Below, piece after piece: positions 9,526 through 18,384 of a stretch of DNA of 64,000 nucleotides. The notes under the pieces were generated by a model, which saw nothing but the letters and a program-made list of their open reading frames with translations, had not been told where the DNA came from and searched no databases. The translations under genes and the position numbers were made by a program. The DNA lies in assembly GCA_032128875.1 (NCBI GenBank), contig JAVLKG010000001.1, forward strand, positions 224,001-288,000. The letters run 5' to 3'. Source of the stretch: Candidatus Melainabacteria bacterium 17Bon1m. GTDB lineage: Bacteria > Cyanobacteriota > Vampirovibrionia > Obscuribacterales > Obscuribacteraceae. How positions within the stretch are numbered: the stretch's first letter is position 1; every line of letters begins with the position of its first letter.

Positions 9526-10484
9526 GGCTCAAGCGGACGCGCGAACACTACGCCAATTGTCTTCTGCGAACGCTGATTTGATTCCGCCACATATTGACTG
9601 ATTGATCCAGGCTCTAGTGTCACTTTCATGTTCTTCTTTTGCGACGATGCGTCCATAAAGTGTGGAATACCATCGTTGTCTTTGATGATTAGACCCGTAT
9701 GCGAAATATCCAGCCCGGGCACGTTCGTGCAAAGCCCAACGATGTCGCCAGTTTTTAAATGCGATTCTGCCGCCGCAATTTTCTCCGAGGGCACGTACAT
9801 CAATGGTCTCGCATTGATCTCCTCTTCGCGTTGTTTCATTTTTCCAACGAGCTCTGGGTGTGCAACAAGTTGTTTGTAAGCCGATGGATGCGTGGACATA
9901 AAATTGACTTTCTGTTGAAACTTCTCTGCGCCGGGCAACTTCGACAAAATCTCAATCGTGTGTTTGCTTTCATTGTCTGCGAGCCAATCGCTCGTGTAAT
10001 GAAGACGCGAGCTGTAGTCACCAACTTCGCCACCACGGTAACGCGTAAGTTGAATCTCCTTAAGCAAGTCATCGGAAGTTTCACGACCCTTCTTTATCAT
10101 GCGAGCAAGGCCGAGTGTCGTTTCAAAGAAAGTTACGCAATCCAGCCCCTCTAAATTTGCAGAGCAAAGTTCGACGTCTGGAGATATTTCAAGAGTGCTT
10201 GCGACGTATGGTGTTCCTTCTAGCTCTTCCGCAATTTTGCCCATCAATTCACCAATGGGTAGCGAGCGCCAATCGTTTTCCTTAGCCTTATTCACAATCT
10301 TGCAAAACTTTCCGTCACCTCGAAAAACAACTGGTTGTTCGATTGGTATCGGAGGAATTGTCTGTGCTGATTGAGCTTCTGCTTCTCGTTGGAATTCAAG
10401 GTTGCCCGCCACAAAAATTCCGACCAGCGTAATTCCCAAGGCAAAGCTTGAACGCAGTGGTGATCTGTTTTGCTGTTTTCGCAT
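9522..10484 (-). CDS. DUF1460 / N-acetylmuramoyl-L-alanine amidase-like protein (NlpC/P60 fold)
   Basis: GTPYVASTLE, LDCVTFFET, RYRGG...SRLHYTSDW, GLDISHTG; signal peptide. Confidence 0.85.
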   Translation of the reverse strand: MRKQQNRSPLRSSFALGITLVGIFVAGNLEFQREAEAQSAQTIPPIPIEQPVVFRGDGKFCKIVNKAKENDWRSLPIGELMGKIAEELEGTPYVASTLEISPDVELCSANLEGLDCVTFFETTLGLARMIKKGRETSDDLLKEIQLTRYRGGEVGDYSSRLHYTSDWLADNESKHTIEILSKLPGAEKFQQKVNFMSTHPSAYKQLVAHPELVGKMKQREEEINARPLMYVPSEKIAAAESHLKTGDIVGLCTNVPGLDISHTGLIIKDNDGIPHFMDASSQKKNMKVTLEPGSISQYVAESNQRSQKTIGVVFARPLEP

Positions 10485-10601
10485 ATGTGTTGGTTATTCG
10501 CTAAGAGGTTAAGAATGAAAATCCTCACTTCACGCGTGAGTGAGGCATAATTGTGCTTGCTATTGCCAGTTTTTAGATACCAGTTACAGGATACACGTGC
10601 C

Positions 10602-10985
10602 ATGAAAAAGTTTGTCGCCGCATCACTTTCAGTTTTCGCTTTGTCCGCTGCTTCTGTGGTTCCGGCATTCGCTGGCGACGACAGTCCAGTGATGAAGGCA
10701 TTCATGTTACCCGTCAAAGTAGTGGCGTTCGGAACCACCGCTGTTGTAGGAACGCCGGTCGCCGTCGTTCGTATGACAGCGAAGAACTCCTGCGAATCGA
10801 CCAAGTCCATTGCTGGCGACAAGGGTAATCCGTTGATGACTGGAATGGCGGCGCTTGCGGGCGTTCCGTTCGGCATCTTTACCGGCACGCTCGAAGGTGG
10901 CTATTACGGCATGAAGAATGCCGCGATGAACACCGACAAGCCATTCTCCAAAGACGCTTTCAGCATGGGCGATTTGGGCGACTAG
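10602..10985 (+). CDS. Hypothetical secreted/membrane protein
   Basis: Signal peptide MKKFVAASLSVFALSAASVVPAFA; AGGA RBS; terminator follows. Confidence 0.7.
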   Translation: MKKFVAASLSVFALSAASVVPAFAGDDSPVMKAFMLPVKVVAFGTTAVVGTPVAVVRMTAKNSCESTKSIAGDKGNPLMTGMAALAGVPFGIFTGTLEGGYYGMKNAAMNTDKPFSKDAFSMGDLGD

Positions 10986-11011
10986 TCCGCGAACTAAAGG
11001 TTAAAAACTCT

Positions 11012-11040
11012 TGGAAGGGGCGGCGACAACCGCCCTTTCC
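11012..11040 (+). terminator. Hairpin terminator
   Basis: GGAAGGGGCGG-CGACAA-CCGCCCTTTCC after the stop at 10985. Confidence 0.55.
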
Positions 11041-11339
11041 GCTTGCGTCTCATCGGTAAAACCCGAAGACGTCCCTCGAACGGGCGATTCCGGGGGATAG
11101 CCTCCGAACACGTACATATAGATCGCAAATACGCCGCGAACTGTCCCCCAAAGGGGTGAATCGCTCACCAGTTGACCCTCTCGGGGAAAAACACATAGGA
11201 ATGGACGTACTTCTATATAGGGCAGCGCCCATAAACCCGCGGTAGGGGGTTCTGGCGTGCGGGCAAGTTATTAGTACGAGCCTATTCAGATTCAATTTTT
11301 GCGGTCAGCCCAATTACGTGCATTGGGCGGGAGTTTCTT

Positions 11340-12560
11340 ATGCTAACTAAAAATCGAAATGAAGTCCTGTCGCTGCTGCTGACAGGCGCACGTTTGATCG
11401 ATATGCCGACCCTCGAACAAGGTTATGCTTCATCCGCCCGTTTGAGCACACCATTGCACAAAGTGCTTGTGATGCTGGGCTTCGTTAGTCAGTTCAAGAT
11501 GGACCGAGTGCTGCACGCAGAGACAATGATTCGCGTTCACGAGCTGTCGCCGGATCTGGCGGTGAAAGCACTGCGCATTGCGACAACGCAACAGCTCACA
11601 TTCGAGGAAGCGCTCGATGCGCTGGGCGACGAACACAAGAAAACGCAATTGATGCCAACTGCGTCCAACGAGATCACGAATCTTTTGGTCGAAGCAGGCT
11701 GCATCAACAACGAGCAAATAGGGCGAGCGCTCAAAACTTCGTTGGAGAACGGAATGCAAATGGGACGCGTACTTGTCTTTCATCGCGACGTCACCAGTCA
11801 GGTAATGAAGGCTGCGATTGCTTGCTGCATGTTGATGCAAGAAGAGAAGATTGGCTTGGCGTCAGCAGTTGAAGCGGTGAAGCATGTGCGCAAAACAAAT
11901 CAATCTGTAGAACAAGTGATGTTCCAACACAATATTTATCACGAAGAGCCAGGTCAGGGACCGAGGATTCATGAGCTTTTCGCAATGGCAGGTTTTGTGT
12001 CAGATACCGACTTGATGGAATGTCTCGAATTGCATGTATTGCGTGGACGGCAGATTGGTCAACTCTTTATTGAACAAGGTTTGATTAACAGTACCGTTTT
12101 GGAAAATGCGATTGTATTGCAAGGCATGGTCGCAAGTGGGGCCATCAAGGCGTATCATGCTGCAGAAGCCTTGAAGACGTCGTACAACAAAGAAGTTTCG
12201 ATCTATCAAGCTCTCGGCGAACTAAACCCCCCGGCATTTCCAGCAACGCCGAATCTCACTTTCGGTGAATTGCTTCTCTCTGCGAATTTGGTCAAGCGCG
12301 AAACGTACGACAGCTATTTCGAAGGACTCGAATTGTGTTCTCGGCAGATGGCGAAGAAACTTCTCGCCGCCGGAACGATCAACGACAAGACATGCGTCAC
12401 TGCATTGCGTGTGTTATCGCTGAACAACGAAGGATTTATCTCGAACAAAGATGCAGTCGAGATCCTTCGGCACGTGGTGTCATACGACGCGAACCTCGAC
12501 GAACAGCTTGCAGCCTGGGCTCACTTCGCACCAAATCGGATGCAATGGATCTGGCGGTAG
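11340..12560 (+). CDS. Protein built of tandem MshEN-like repeats (paralog 1)
   Basis: Repeated (I/L)GxLLxxAGxIxxxxLxxAL-type units, e.g. RQIGQLFIEQGLINSTVLENAIVLQ; full-length homolog at 22697. Confidence 0.7.
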   Translation: MLTKNRNEVLSLLLTGARLIDMPTLEQGYASSARLSTPLHKVLVMLGFVSQFKMDRVLHAETMIRVHELSPDLAVKALRIATTQQLTFEEALDALGDEHKKTQLMPTASNEITNLLVEAGCINNEQIGRALKTSLENGMQMGRVLVFHRDVTSQVMKAAIACCMLMQEEKIGLASAVEAVKHVRKTNQSVEQVMFQHNIYHEEPGQGPRIHELFAMAGFVSDTDLMECLELHVLRGRQIGQLFIEQGLINSTVLENAIVLQGMVASGAIKAYHAAEALKTSYNKEVSIYQALGELNPPAFPATPNLTFGELLLSANLVKRETYDSYFEGLELCSRQMAKKLLAAGTINDKTCVTALRVLSLNNEGFISNKDAVEILRHVVSYDANLDEQLAAWAHFAPNRMQWIWR

Positions 12561-13044
12561 AAACGATTTGCATGAGTGACAACTTCTATTTCAGATACAA
12601 ATAATAAATCCCCCCTGAAGTTTTTTGACTCATGCGGTGAGCAACGGTAGAAAGCGAGCTCGGCTATGCCTTTGAATTAAAAGCAGGCGAGTCCTTGGTG
12701 TCAGATTGAATTTCGCAAAAGGCGCTTGAAGTCAATTCGAACAAATTTGTAAGGTGATTTGTTGGCTGTCGATCTGGCGATCCCACTTTTGAGGGAACTG
12801 ACAACCCGTGGCGCGAGTTAAGTTCTGGAAGTCTAAGATCGGCTTGTGATTCGAGAGTTTTCTATATTTTCTTAGCAAGTTACCAGCGGGATAGTATTGT
12901 GGTTATAATTCTTGCCCTTGGGGTCTTTTGGCAGCAAATATATTTCCAGTGATTTTTTGCTGGCAGTTCATTTTCTTGTGTGGTTTTTTGCTCCACAAGC
13001 TCTCTTTGCGCACCCTCCATGTGCTCAGCATCATCATCATCATC

Positions 13045-13596
13045 ATGAACGAACAGAATGTGCAATCAGTTTTGCTGATAGGGAGCGGTTCAATCGCTGC
13101 TGGAAACATCGCTGGTTTGACCAGCAAGCTGTGTGAAAACTTTCGGGCTTCAGTGAGAGTTGTGTTGACGTCAGCCGCTACCAAGTTCACTTCGGTTGAA
13201 TTTATAAAATACGCTGGTGGCGCGCTGGAGGTTTTTACAGATCAAAGCACTCAGCAAATGTCGGACTTTCCGAATCACATAGCTCTCCCTGCTCAATCGG
13301 ACCTGACGATTGTCTATCCAGCAACCGCAGACTTCATCGGAAAAATGGCAAACGGTCTAGGAACTGATCTTGCCTCTACGATTATGCTTTATGCAGATCA
13401 AAACATAATTGTTGTGCCATCCATGAACGTGGAAATGTGGCGAAACAAGTTTGTTCAGAAAAATGTAAGAGCGCTCCAAGACGAGGGCATTCATATGATT
13501 GAGCCTAATGATGGTATGGCGCCATCAGTGGACGAGATAGTTGTGCAAGTGCAGAAGTATTTATCCCAAAAATTCAAAATTTACCAACAAATATAA
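13045..13596 (+). CDS. HFCD flavoprotein, EpiD/LanD-type peptidyl-cysteine decarboxylase
   Basis: GSGSIAA, NHIAL (EpiD-like His), PATADFIGKMANG, PSMNVEMW; no CoaB domain; start could lie further upstream. Confidence 0.8.
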   Translation: MNEQNVQSVLLIGSGSIAAGNIAGLTSKLCENFRASVRVVLTSAATKFTSVEFIKYAGGALEVFTDQSTQQMSDFPNHIALPAQSDLTIVYPATADFIGKMANGLGTDLASTIMLYADQNIIVVPSMNVEMWRNKFVQKNVRALQDEGIHMIEPNDGMAPSVDEIVVQVQKYLSQKFKIYQQI

Positions 13597-13609
13597 AGGA
13601 GAATTTCAT

Positions 13610-14320
13610 ATGTCAGTGAAGGCAGACGAGAAACACACAATTACTTTGGAAGTTAGAGTGCCGATAGCCGTTGACGAAGGAAAGCGAGCGAAGTTTGAAG
13701 ATGCAATGACAAATTTTATACTCGGTCACGATCGAATTCGTCCTGAACTTCATGATGCGTTAGTTGAAAGAGGTGTCGATATTAAACGCTTAAATGAGCT
13801 GTCTACTCCTGAAAAGCTGGGAGTTTGCAGATCAAAGGATGCTATGGAGTTCATTCCAACGCCTGAGCTTGTGGGTATAGGTAATAGAGCGGGAATAGAT
13901 TTTCGAGCTGGTGGAAAGCTCAACATTGAATTTGACTATTCAAATTCAAATGCTAGCAGCACGGATGTATTGGAAATGAAATTGCAATTACCATCTTCAA
14001 TTGAGGGCGTTGCTTCTGGTCAGGTTGGAAATATAATGAGGTCACTTTTTGGTGATTGTCACCTCTCAGTCAGAGCTCAGGATTATCTGCTTGCTCACGG
14101 AATTGATATTGCGGATTTGGCGGCTCAGAACATTGCGTCTTTAGGAAATGGAAGTGTTCCTCCAACTGCCCGAGTTGATAAATCTGTAGCAGATACATTA
14201 GATCAATTCGGATTGAACACCGCACGGCTAGGAAAAATTCAAGTGAAAGCTATGGCTGGTGATGCGGCACCGCTCAATGCGAATCCACCGATTGCGTGGA
14301 GCAAAACAACCTGCTGTTAA
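13610..14320 (+). CDS. Putative large-leader RiPP precursor ending PPIAWSKTTCC
   Basis: Strong AAGGAG RBS; two internally similar halves of about 100 aa; small-residue linker; C-terminal Cys; lies between the LanD-like gene and the rSAM. Confidence 0.6.
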   Translation: MSVKADEKHTITLEVRVPIAVDEGKRAKFEDAMTNFILGHDRIRPELHDALVERGVDIKRLNELSTPEKLGVCRSKDAMEFIPTPELVGIGNRAGIDFRAGGKLNIEFDYSNSNASSTDVLEMKLQLPSSIEGVASGQVGNIMRSLFGDCHLSVRAQDYLLAHGIDIADLAAQNIASLGNGSVPPTARVDKSVADTLDQFGLNTARLGKIQVKAMAGDAAPLNANPPIAWSKTTCC

Positions 14321-14328
14321 GGTGATTT

Positions 14329-15807
14329 ATGATATATCGTTCTATGGCGCCCCCGCAGTGGGGGCGCTTGCCAGGTCATATACAACTTGAGTTGGTACCG
14401 ACTCAGACACTCGTGGATGGTGAAGACACTATTCTCTTTCCGCTCCTAAAGCATTCTTGGCTCAGAGTATCAACCAAGGATCTAGAGAATGTGTTAATGC
14501 TTGATGGGCGTACTATCGACAGTATTCGCAATTCCCGCGAATCAATTAAGGACCTGATTCCGCTGTTGGATTCACTGTATTCCTCAGGTCTCTTATCCAT
14601 TGATGGACATAGTGGACTAGATGCAGAGCGTAAAGAAGAAACCTCTGGTCCGTCGACACTATTGATCAAGATGACTGGAGCTTGCAATATAGCCTGCAGC
14701 TATTGTTATGACTTTGATCAAAGTAGATGGAATGGACGTGGGAGTTCAACCCATGCGAAACATTTGATTGCTGATTCGTTTTCGGTCAATGATTCGATTA
14801 CTGTTATGTTTCACGGTGGTGAACCACTGCTGCATTTTTCTGAGATCAAAGAACTCGTATCGTTTGCAAACGAAATTGCCCATCGCGATGGAAAGAAAAT
14901 CACCTATTCCATTCAAACTAATGGATTGTTGCTGGATGAGGAGATCGTTCAATACCTTTTGAACGAGTCTTTTGACGTCGGCATTTCTTTGGATGGCCCC
15001 CTAGAAATTCATAATTTGTACCGTGTTGATCACAAAGGAAGGGGAACCTTCGAAGCATTAATAAAAAAATTCGATGAGTTTCCTGAATTTATGAGAACTC
15101 GAGTTGGATTTATGAGTGTAATTACTCAGAATTCGGTGTTTCATTTGGATCAAGTATGGCAATTCTTTCGAGATCTAGATGTTCAAACATGGAAACTGTC
15201 TCCAATGCTGCCGGAAGGTCGTGCATGTACAAATCAAGTGACTGCCAATTACATCGAGAGTTTTGTGGACTTTTTAGAAGAACGACTGCTGGAAATCATA
15301 AATGGAAGCTACCATCGCCCATACCTAATAAATCTGATTCAGGCAGTAGAACCATTTTTATCTCGTAATAGTAAGAATGTTTGTACTTCCTTTCCTTGTG
15401 GAGCTGGTCGTGATTTCGTGGTTTTAGATGCAAAAGGCGCACTGCGCTCGTGTGACTGCAGCTATCGTGATGACTTTTTTCTTGGCAATGCTGACTTTGA
15501 TTTGTTGAAGATGGTAAAGACTGAGTTTAAGAAAAGCGACCTGGCGAAGCGTGAACAGTGGCTTGTGGATTCTGAATGTGGACAATGTGTTTGGCTCCCA
15601 TTTTGCGGTGGAACTTGTCCCGCCGAAGCGCTCGCAAACACAGGAACTGTTCTAGCCGTTGACGAGCTGGAGTGCAACTTGCGAAAAAGGCTATTCCCAA
15701 GGATTGCAAAAGAAGTGTCTCAAGAAAGCTCGAACCTTCGCGAATATATTCAACAACGCCGAAGCGATAGGGCAAACTCTCTTACGAAGGTTAAGGAGGC
15801 CAGGTGA
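14329..15807 (+). CDS. Radical SAM/SPASM peptide maturase with N-terminal RRE-like domain
   Basis: CNIACSYC, FHGGEPLL, QTNG, ISLDG; SPASM C..CGAG...SC and CGQC-x5-C-x3-C...C; N-terminal extension of about 100 aa ending LDSLYSSGLL. Confidence 0.9.
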   Translation: MIYRSMAPPQWGRLPGHIQLELVPTQTLVDGEDTILFPLLKHSWLRVSTKDLENVLMLDGRTIDSIRNSRESIKDLIPLLDSLYSSGLLSIDGHSGLDAERKEETSGPSTLLIKMTGACNIACSYCYDFDQSRWNGRGSSTHAKHLIADSFSVNDSITVMFHGGEPLLHFSEIKELVSFANEIAHRDGKKITYSIQTNGLLLDEEIVQYLLNESFDVGISLDGPLEIHNLYRVDHKGRGTFEALIKKFDEFPEFMRTRVGFMSVITQNSVFHLDQVWQFFRDLDVQTWKLSPMLPEGRACTNQVTANYIESFVDFLEERLLEIINGSYHRPYLINLIQAVEPFLSRNSKNVCTSFPCGAGRDFVVLDAKGALRSCDCSYRDDFFLGNADFDLLKMVKTEFKKSDLAKREQWLVDSECGQCVWLPFCGGTCPAEALANTGTVLAVDELECNLRKRLFPRIAKEVSQESSNLREYIQQRRSDRANSLTKVKEAR

Positions 15808-16646
15808 GGATACAGGGCGATAATTGGGATCACATGATTTATGAGCGTTTAGGTAGCGATGGAAATCTCGATTCTTCTTTCTCTCACCTTGATATGGTGC
15901 ATTTGACGGTCGAGATGCTCGGAGAATCTCTTCCCACGTATTTGCGTGAGAATATTTCGAAAATCCAACGAGTCGTGTCTCAAAAAGATTATGCCGATTG
16001 CGATCTAACACATGTAATTATTGATTGGCTTGCTCGCTACTTTAAAGACATGCACGATTCAATGAAATATCCGTACCTAAGTAATCACGAAGAATGGCAA
16101 CATTTAACAGAGACAAATGCAAATATTCCAAATAGTGGCTGTGTATACGTAACATTCCAACTTGGTTTTCCACTTTTAGTGCCGATATTACTGGCGGATT
16201 TATTGAATTCTCCTGTCCGTGCACTTATTCATGATCAAAATCCAAAGGTCGCAAGCTTCTATCAATCGGTTCGGCATAATTTGGATTTTGCGTATGTGAA
16301 CTATTTAGATCCTTATGAGCAGATATCCTTTTTAAAGAGTGGTGGTCTTTTAGTTGCAAATATAGATACGGCTTATCCAGGCACAAGAGTAGAATCAATG
16401 CCGATTTTGAATTCCTGTATTCGTGTCCCATCTGGATTCATTCCACTGGCAAAACGAGCTAAAGCAGCTATATGTCCCGTTTCATTAGTTGCGAACGAAG
16501 GACGCCTTGAGCGTCACTTTGGCTTGCCTATTTGCAGCCAGAAGAACTCGATATTCGAAATACTTAAGTCGCTCTCTGGTTTCTTTGAAACAGTAATCAG
16601 AAAACATCCGGAGCAATGGCTAGCTTGGTCAAGTCTGGAGTTTTAG
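15804..16646 (+). CDS. LpxL/LPLAT-like acyltransferase (divergent)
   Basis: LKSGGLLVANID, VPSGFIPLAKRAKAAICPV and C-terminal IRKHPEQWLAW are typical of lipid A lauroyltransferase-like proteins; GTGA overlap with the rSAM stop. Confidence 0.65.
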   Translation: MRIQGDNWDHMIYERLGSDGNLDSSFSHLDMVHLTVEMLGESLPTYLRENISKIQRVVSQKDYADCDLTHVIIDWLARYFKDMHDSMKYPYLSNHEEWQHLTETNANIPNSGCVYVTFQLGFPLLVPILLADLLNSPVRALIHDQNPKVASFYQSVRHNLDFAYVNYLDPYEQISFLKSGGLLVANIDTAYPGTRVESMPILNSCIRVPSGFIPLAKRAKAAICPVSLVANEGRLERHFGLPICSQKNSIFEILKSLSGFFETVIRKHPEQWLAWSSLEF

Positions 16647-16671
16647 CATTCAATTAAAAAACGCAAGTTGC

Positions 16672-17196
16672 ATGCAGCACGACAGAGCGATTAGAGAATT
16701 AGTGGTGTACTTTTATCCTGAATTATTTGTCAAACGAATTGGATTTGGCTGCGAGTCTGATGTTTTTCTTGGCACTGATATCTACAGCCACTTGAAGGTC
16801 AAGTATTTCAAATATGAGAGTGACTTTTGTCGTCATTATTTTGGAATACCACTTTTATTAGAAGCATTGAGCGACCTTGGCTATAGTGACTACGTTGACA
16901 TTCCTGGAATTGTCGCCGTTAACAAGGAACTCCTCGCAATCGTGTCACCGTACATATCCGAACAGCAGCGATTTGATTCTAAAGAGTTTGAGTCAAGTAA
17001 GTTGAGAGCGGTAACGGCATTGTTGTGTGCGGCGGGCAGAGTTGTGACATTAACACCTGAAAAGATTGCATTGAAGTTCAATACTCAAGCACACTCAATG
17101 AATGCCTTGGTTGAAGATTTTGTCTTTTCAGGAGTGGATTTCTCGGGCGACAATCTAATGTTTGACGGTGTTCGCTGGTGGGCCATTGATTTCTAG
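16672..17196 (+). CDS. Minimal protein-kinase-like (RIO/APH-like) protein
   Basis: Gly-loop IGFGCESDVF, LKVKYFK, catalytic-like DFSGDNLMF, ends WAIDF*. Confidence 0.55.
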   Translation: MQHDRAIRELVVYFYPELFVKRIGFGCESDVFLGTDIYSHLKVKYFKYESDFCRHYFGIPLLLEALSDLGYSDYVDIPGIVAVNKELLAIVSPYISEQQRFDSKEFESSKLRAVTALLCAAGRVVTLTPEKIALKFNTQAHSMNALVEDFVFSGVDFSGDNLMFDGVRWWAIDF

Positions 17197-17244
17197 CATT
17201 TGTGTCTTCGTGAAATCGTATGATTGAGAGTGCATAGGTATTTG

Positions 17245-17604
17245 TTACCCGATTACAGTTGCCGCGAGCTTTGCACACAGGAACGCTATCGCGATCGCCT
17301 GCTGCTCACTTGTCTTCGTGCGTTTCGCTTCCTTCAGTATCCTCCTAATGCATGCAATTTCTTCACCACAAGGGAACCGAATACACAGCTCGTGTTCAGC
17401 TGCTGTCAGCACTTTGATATACCGCTTCTCGAAACGAGTCAACTTTGGTCGCGATTCAATTTCTTCTCTTATCGCACGGAGTTGTTGCAGTTCTCTCGTC
17501 GTGAGTCGGTTCGGCGGCTCGAGAGATTCCTGCAGGTATTCTTCATCTGTGACAGCGTACGAGCGACCATACGCGGTCGCATAGTTATGCGAAAAGATTT
17601 CCAT
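17245..17604 (-). CDS. Hypothetical protein
   Basis: 119-aa ORF; no recognised motif. Confidence 0.45.
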   Translation of the reverse strand: MEIFSHNYATAYGRSYAVTDEEYLQESLEPPNRLTTRELQQLRAIREEIESRPKLTRFEKRYIKVLTAAEHELCIRFPCGEEIACIRRILKEAKRTKTSEQQAIAIAFLCAKLAATVIG

Positions 17605-17706
17605 GTCAGACAGTTCTACTTATTAGGGGAAGGCACGCCTGGTGCTGGACGTTAGCACCTTAGCGCGGCAATTTTCAAAAAATCTTGAAATTCCCCAAAG
17701 CGAGAA

Positions 17707-18063
17707 CTAGTTACATTTATCGCCCGTCAGATTAATCCTTGGACCGGCTTGTGCGTCTTCGACAATTTCCATTTTGCAAAGACCATTCGGATTTCGATTA
17801 TTCGCGGCATCGCGCATTGAACTCCAGAGTTGTCTTTCTTGATTGGCGAGTTCATTGAATATGCCTTGAGAGCGTTGGGTCGCGGCGGGGTCGCCGTTCA
17901 GAATTGCCTCGCCGTTTTGACGAAAGTCGTTGAAGTAGTTAGTTGCACCGGGCAGGCTGAGCGTACACTCGTTGATGAGCCGATTAGATGCGTCCCGATT
18001 GCCCGCATTCAATTGTGTTGCGATGGCGTCAATTTGTCCGGGCGAACAAGATCTGTCTGACAT
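17707..18063 (-). CDS. Hypothetical protein
   Basis: 118-aa ORF with GAGG RBS. Confidence 0.55.
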   Translation of the reverse strand: MSDRSCSPGQIDAIATQLNAGNRDASNRLINECTLSLPGATNYFNDFRQNGEAILNGDPAATQRSQGIFNELANQERQLWSSMRDAANNRNPNGLCKMEIVEDAQAGPRINLTGDKCN

Positions 18064-18196
18064 GAGAAACCTCTAGAAGCTGGCAAGAGTAGTCTTTGCC
18101 CCAACCTACCATGCGGGTATGACATTACCTTGACACGCGTGAATTGGACGTGAACGGCGCGTCGGCGGTGCAAAGGCGGTGAGTTTATGAGTGGAC

Positions 18197-18268
18197 GGGC
18201 GGCATTAAGCCGCCCCTACAAGACCGTTGTGGATAAGCGAGACGGGCGATGCATGGCATCGCCCCTAC
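18197..18268. repeat. Two REP-like palindromes
   Basis: GGGCGGCATTAAGCCGCCCCTAC; GGGCGATGCATGGCATCGCCCCTAC. Confidence 0.75.
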
Positions 18269-18324
18269 GGTTTTAAGGAGAGCCCAGAAGACTGCTATGC
18301 TTGCTCAGGAAGTCCCCTTCTTCT

Positions 18325-18363
18325 CTTCTTCTTCTTCTTCTTCTTCTTCTTCTTCTTCTTCTT
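18325..18363. repeat. (CTT)13 microsatellite
   Basis: 13 perfect CTT units counted directly. Confidence 0.95.
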
Positions 18364-18384
18364 GCTTTGGAAACCGGAAAACTG

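Noticed and set aside
11050-11335. Possible c-di-GMP riboswitch upstream of the MshEN-like gene
   Set aside because: Could not identify the consensus elements by eye; an Rfam scan would be needed
12928-13596. Flavoprotein as housekeeping coaBC/dfp
   Set aside because: No CoaB domain, no Cys-containing substrate loop, and RiPP-like context
14329-15807. rSAM as an anaerobic sulfatase maturase
   Set aside because: No sulfatase nearby; has an RRE-like N-terminus and an adjacent Cys-terminated precursor candidate
18301-18384. Poly-Leu N-terminal extension as a real signal peptide
   Set aside because: Produced by the (CTT)13 tract; a normal lipoprotein signal starts at 18385
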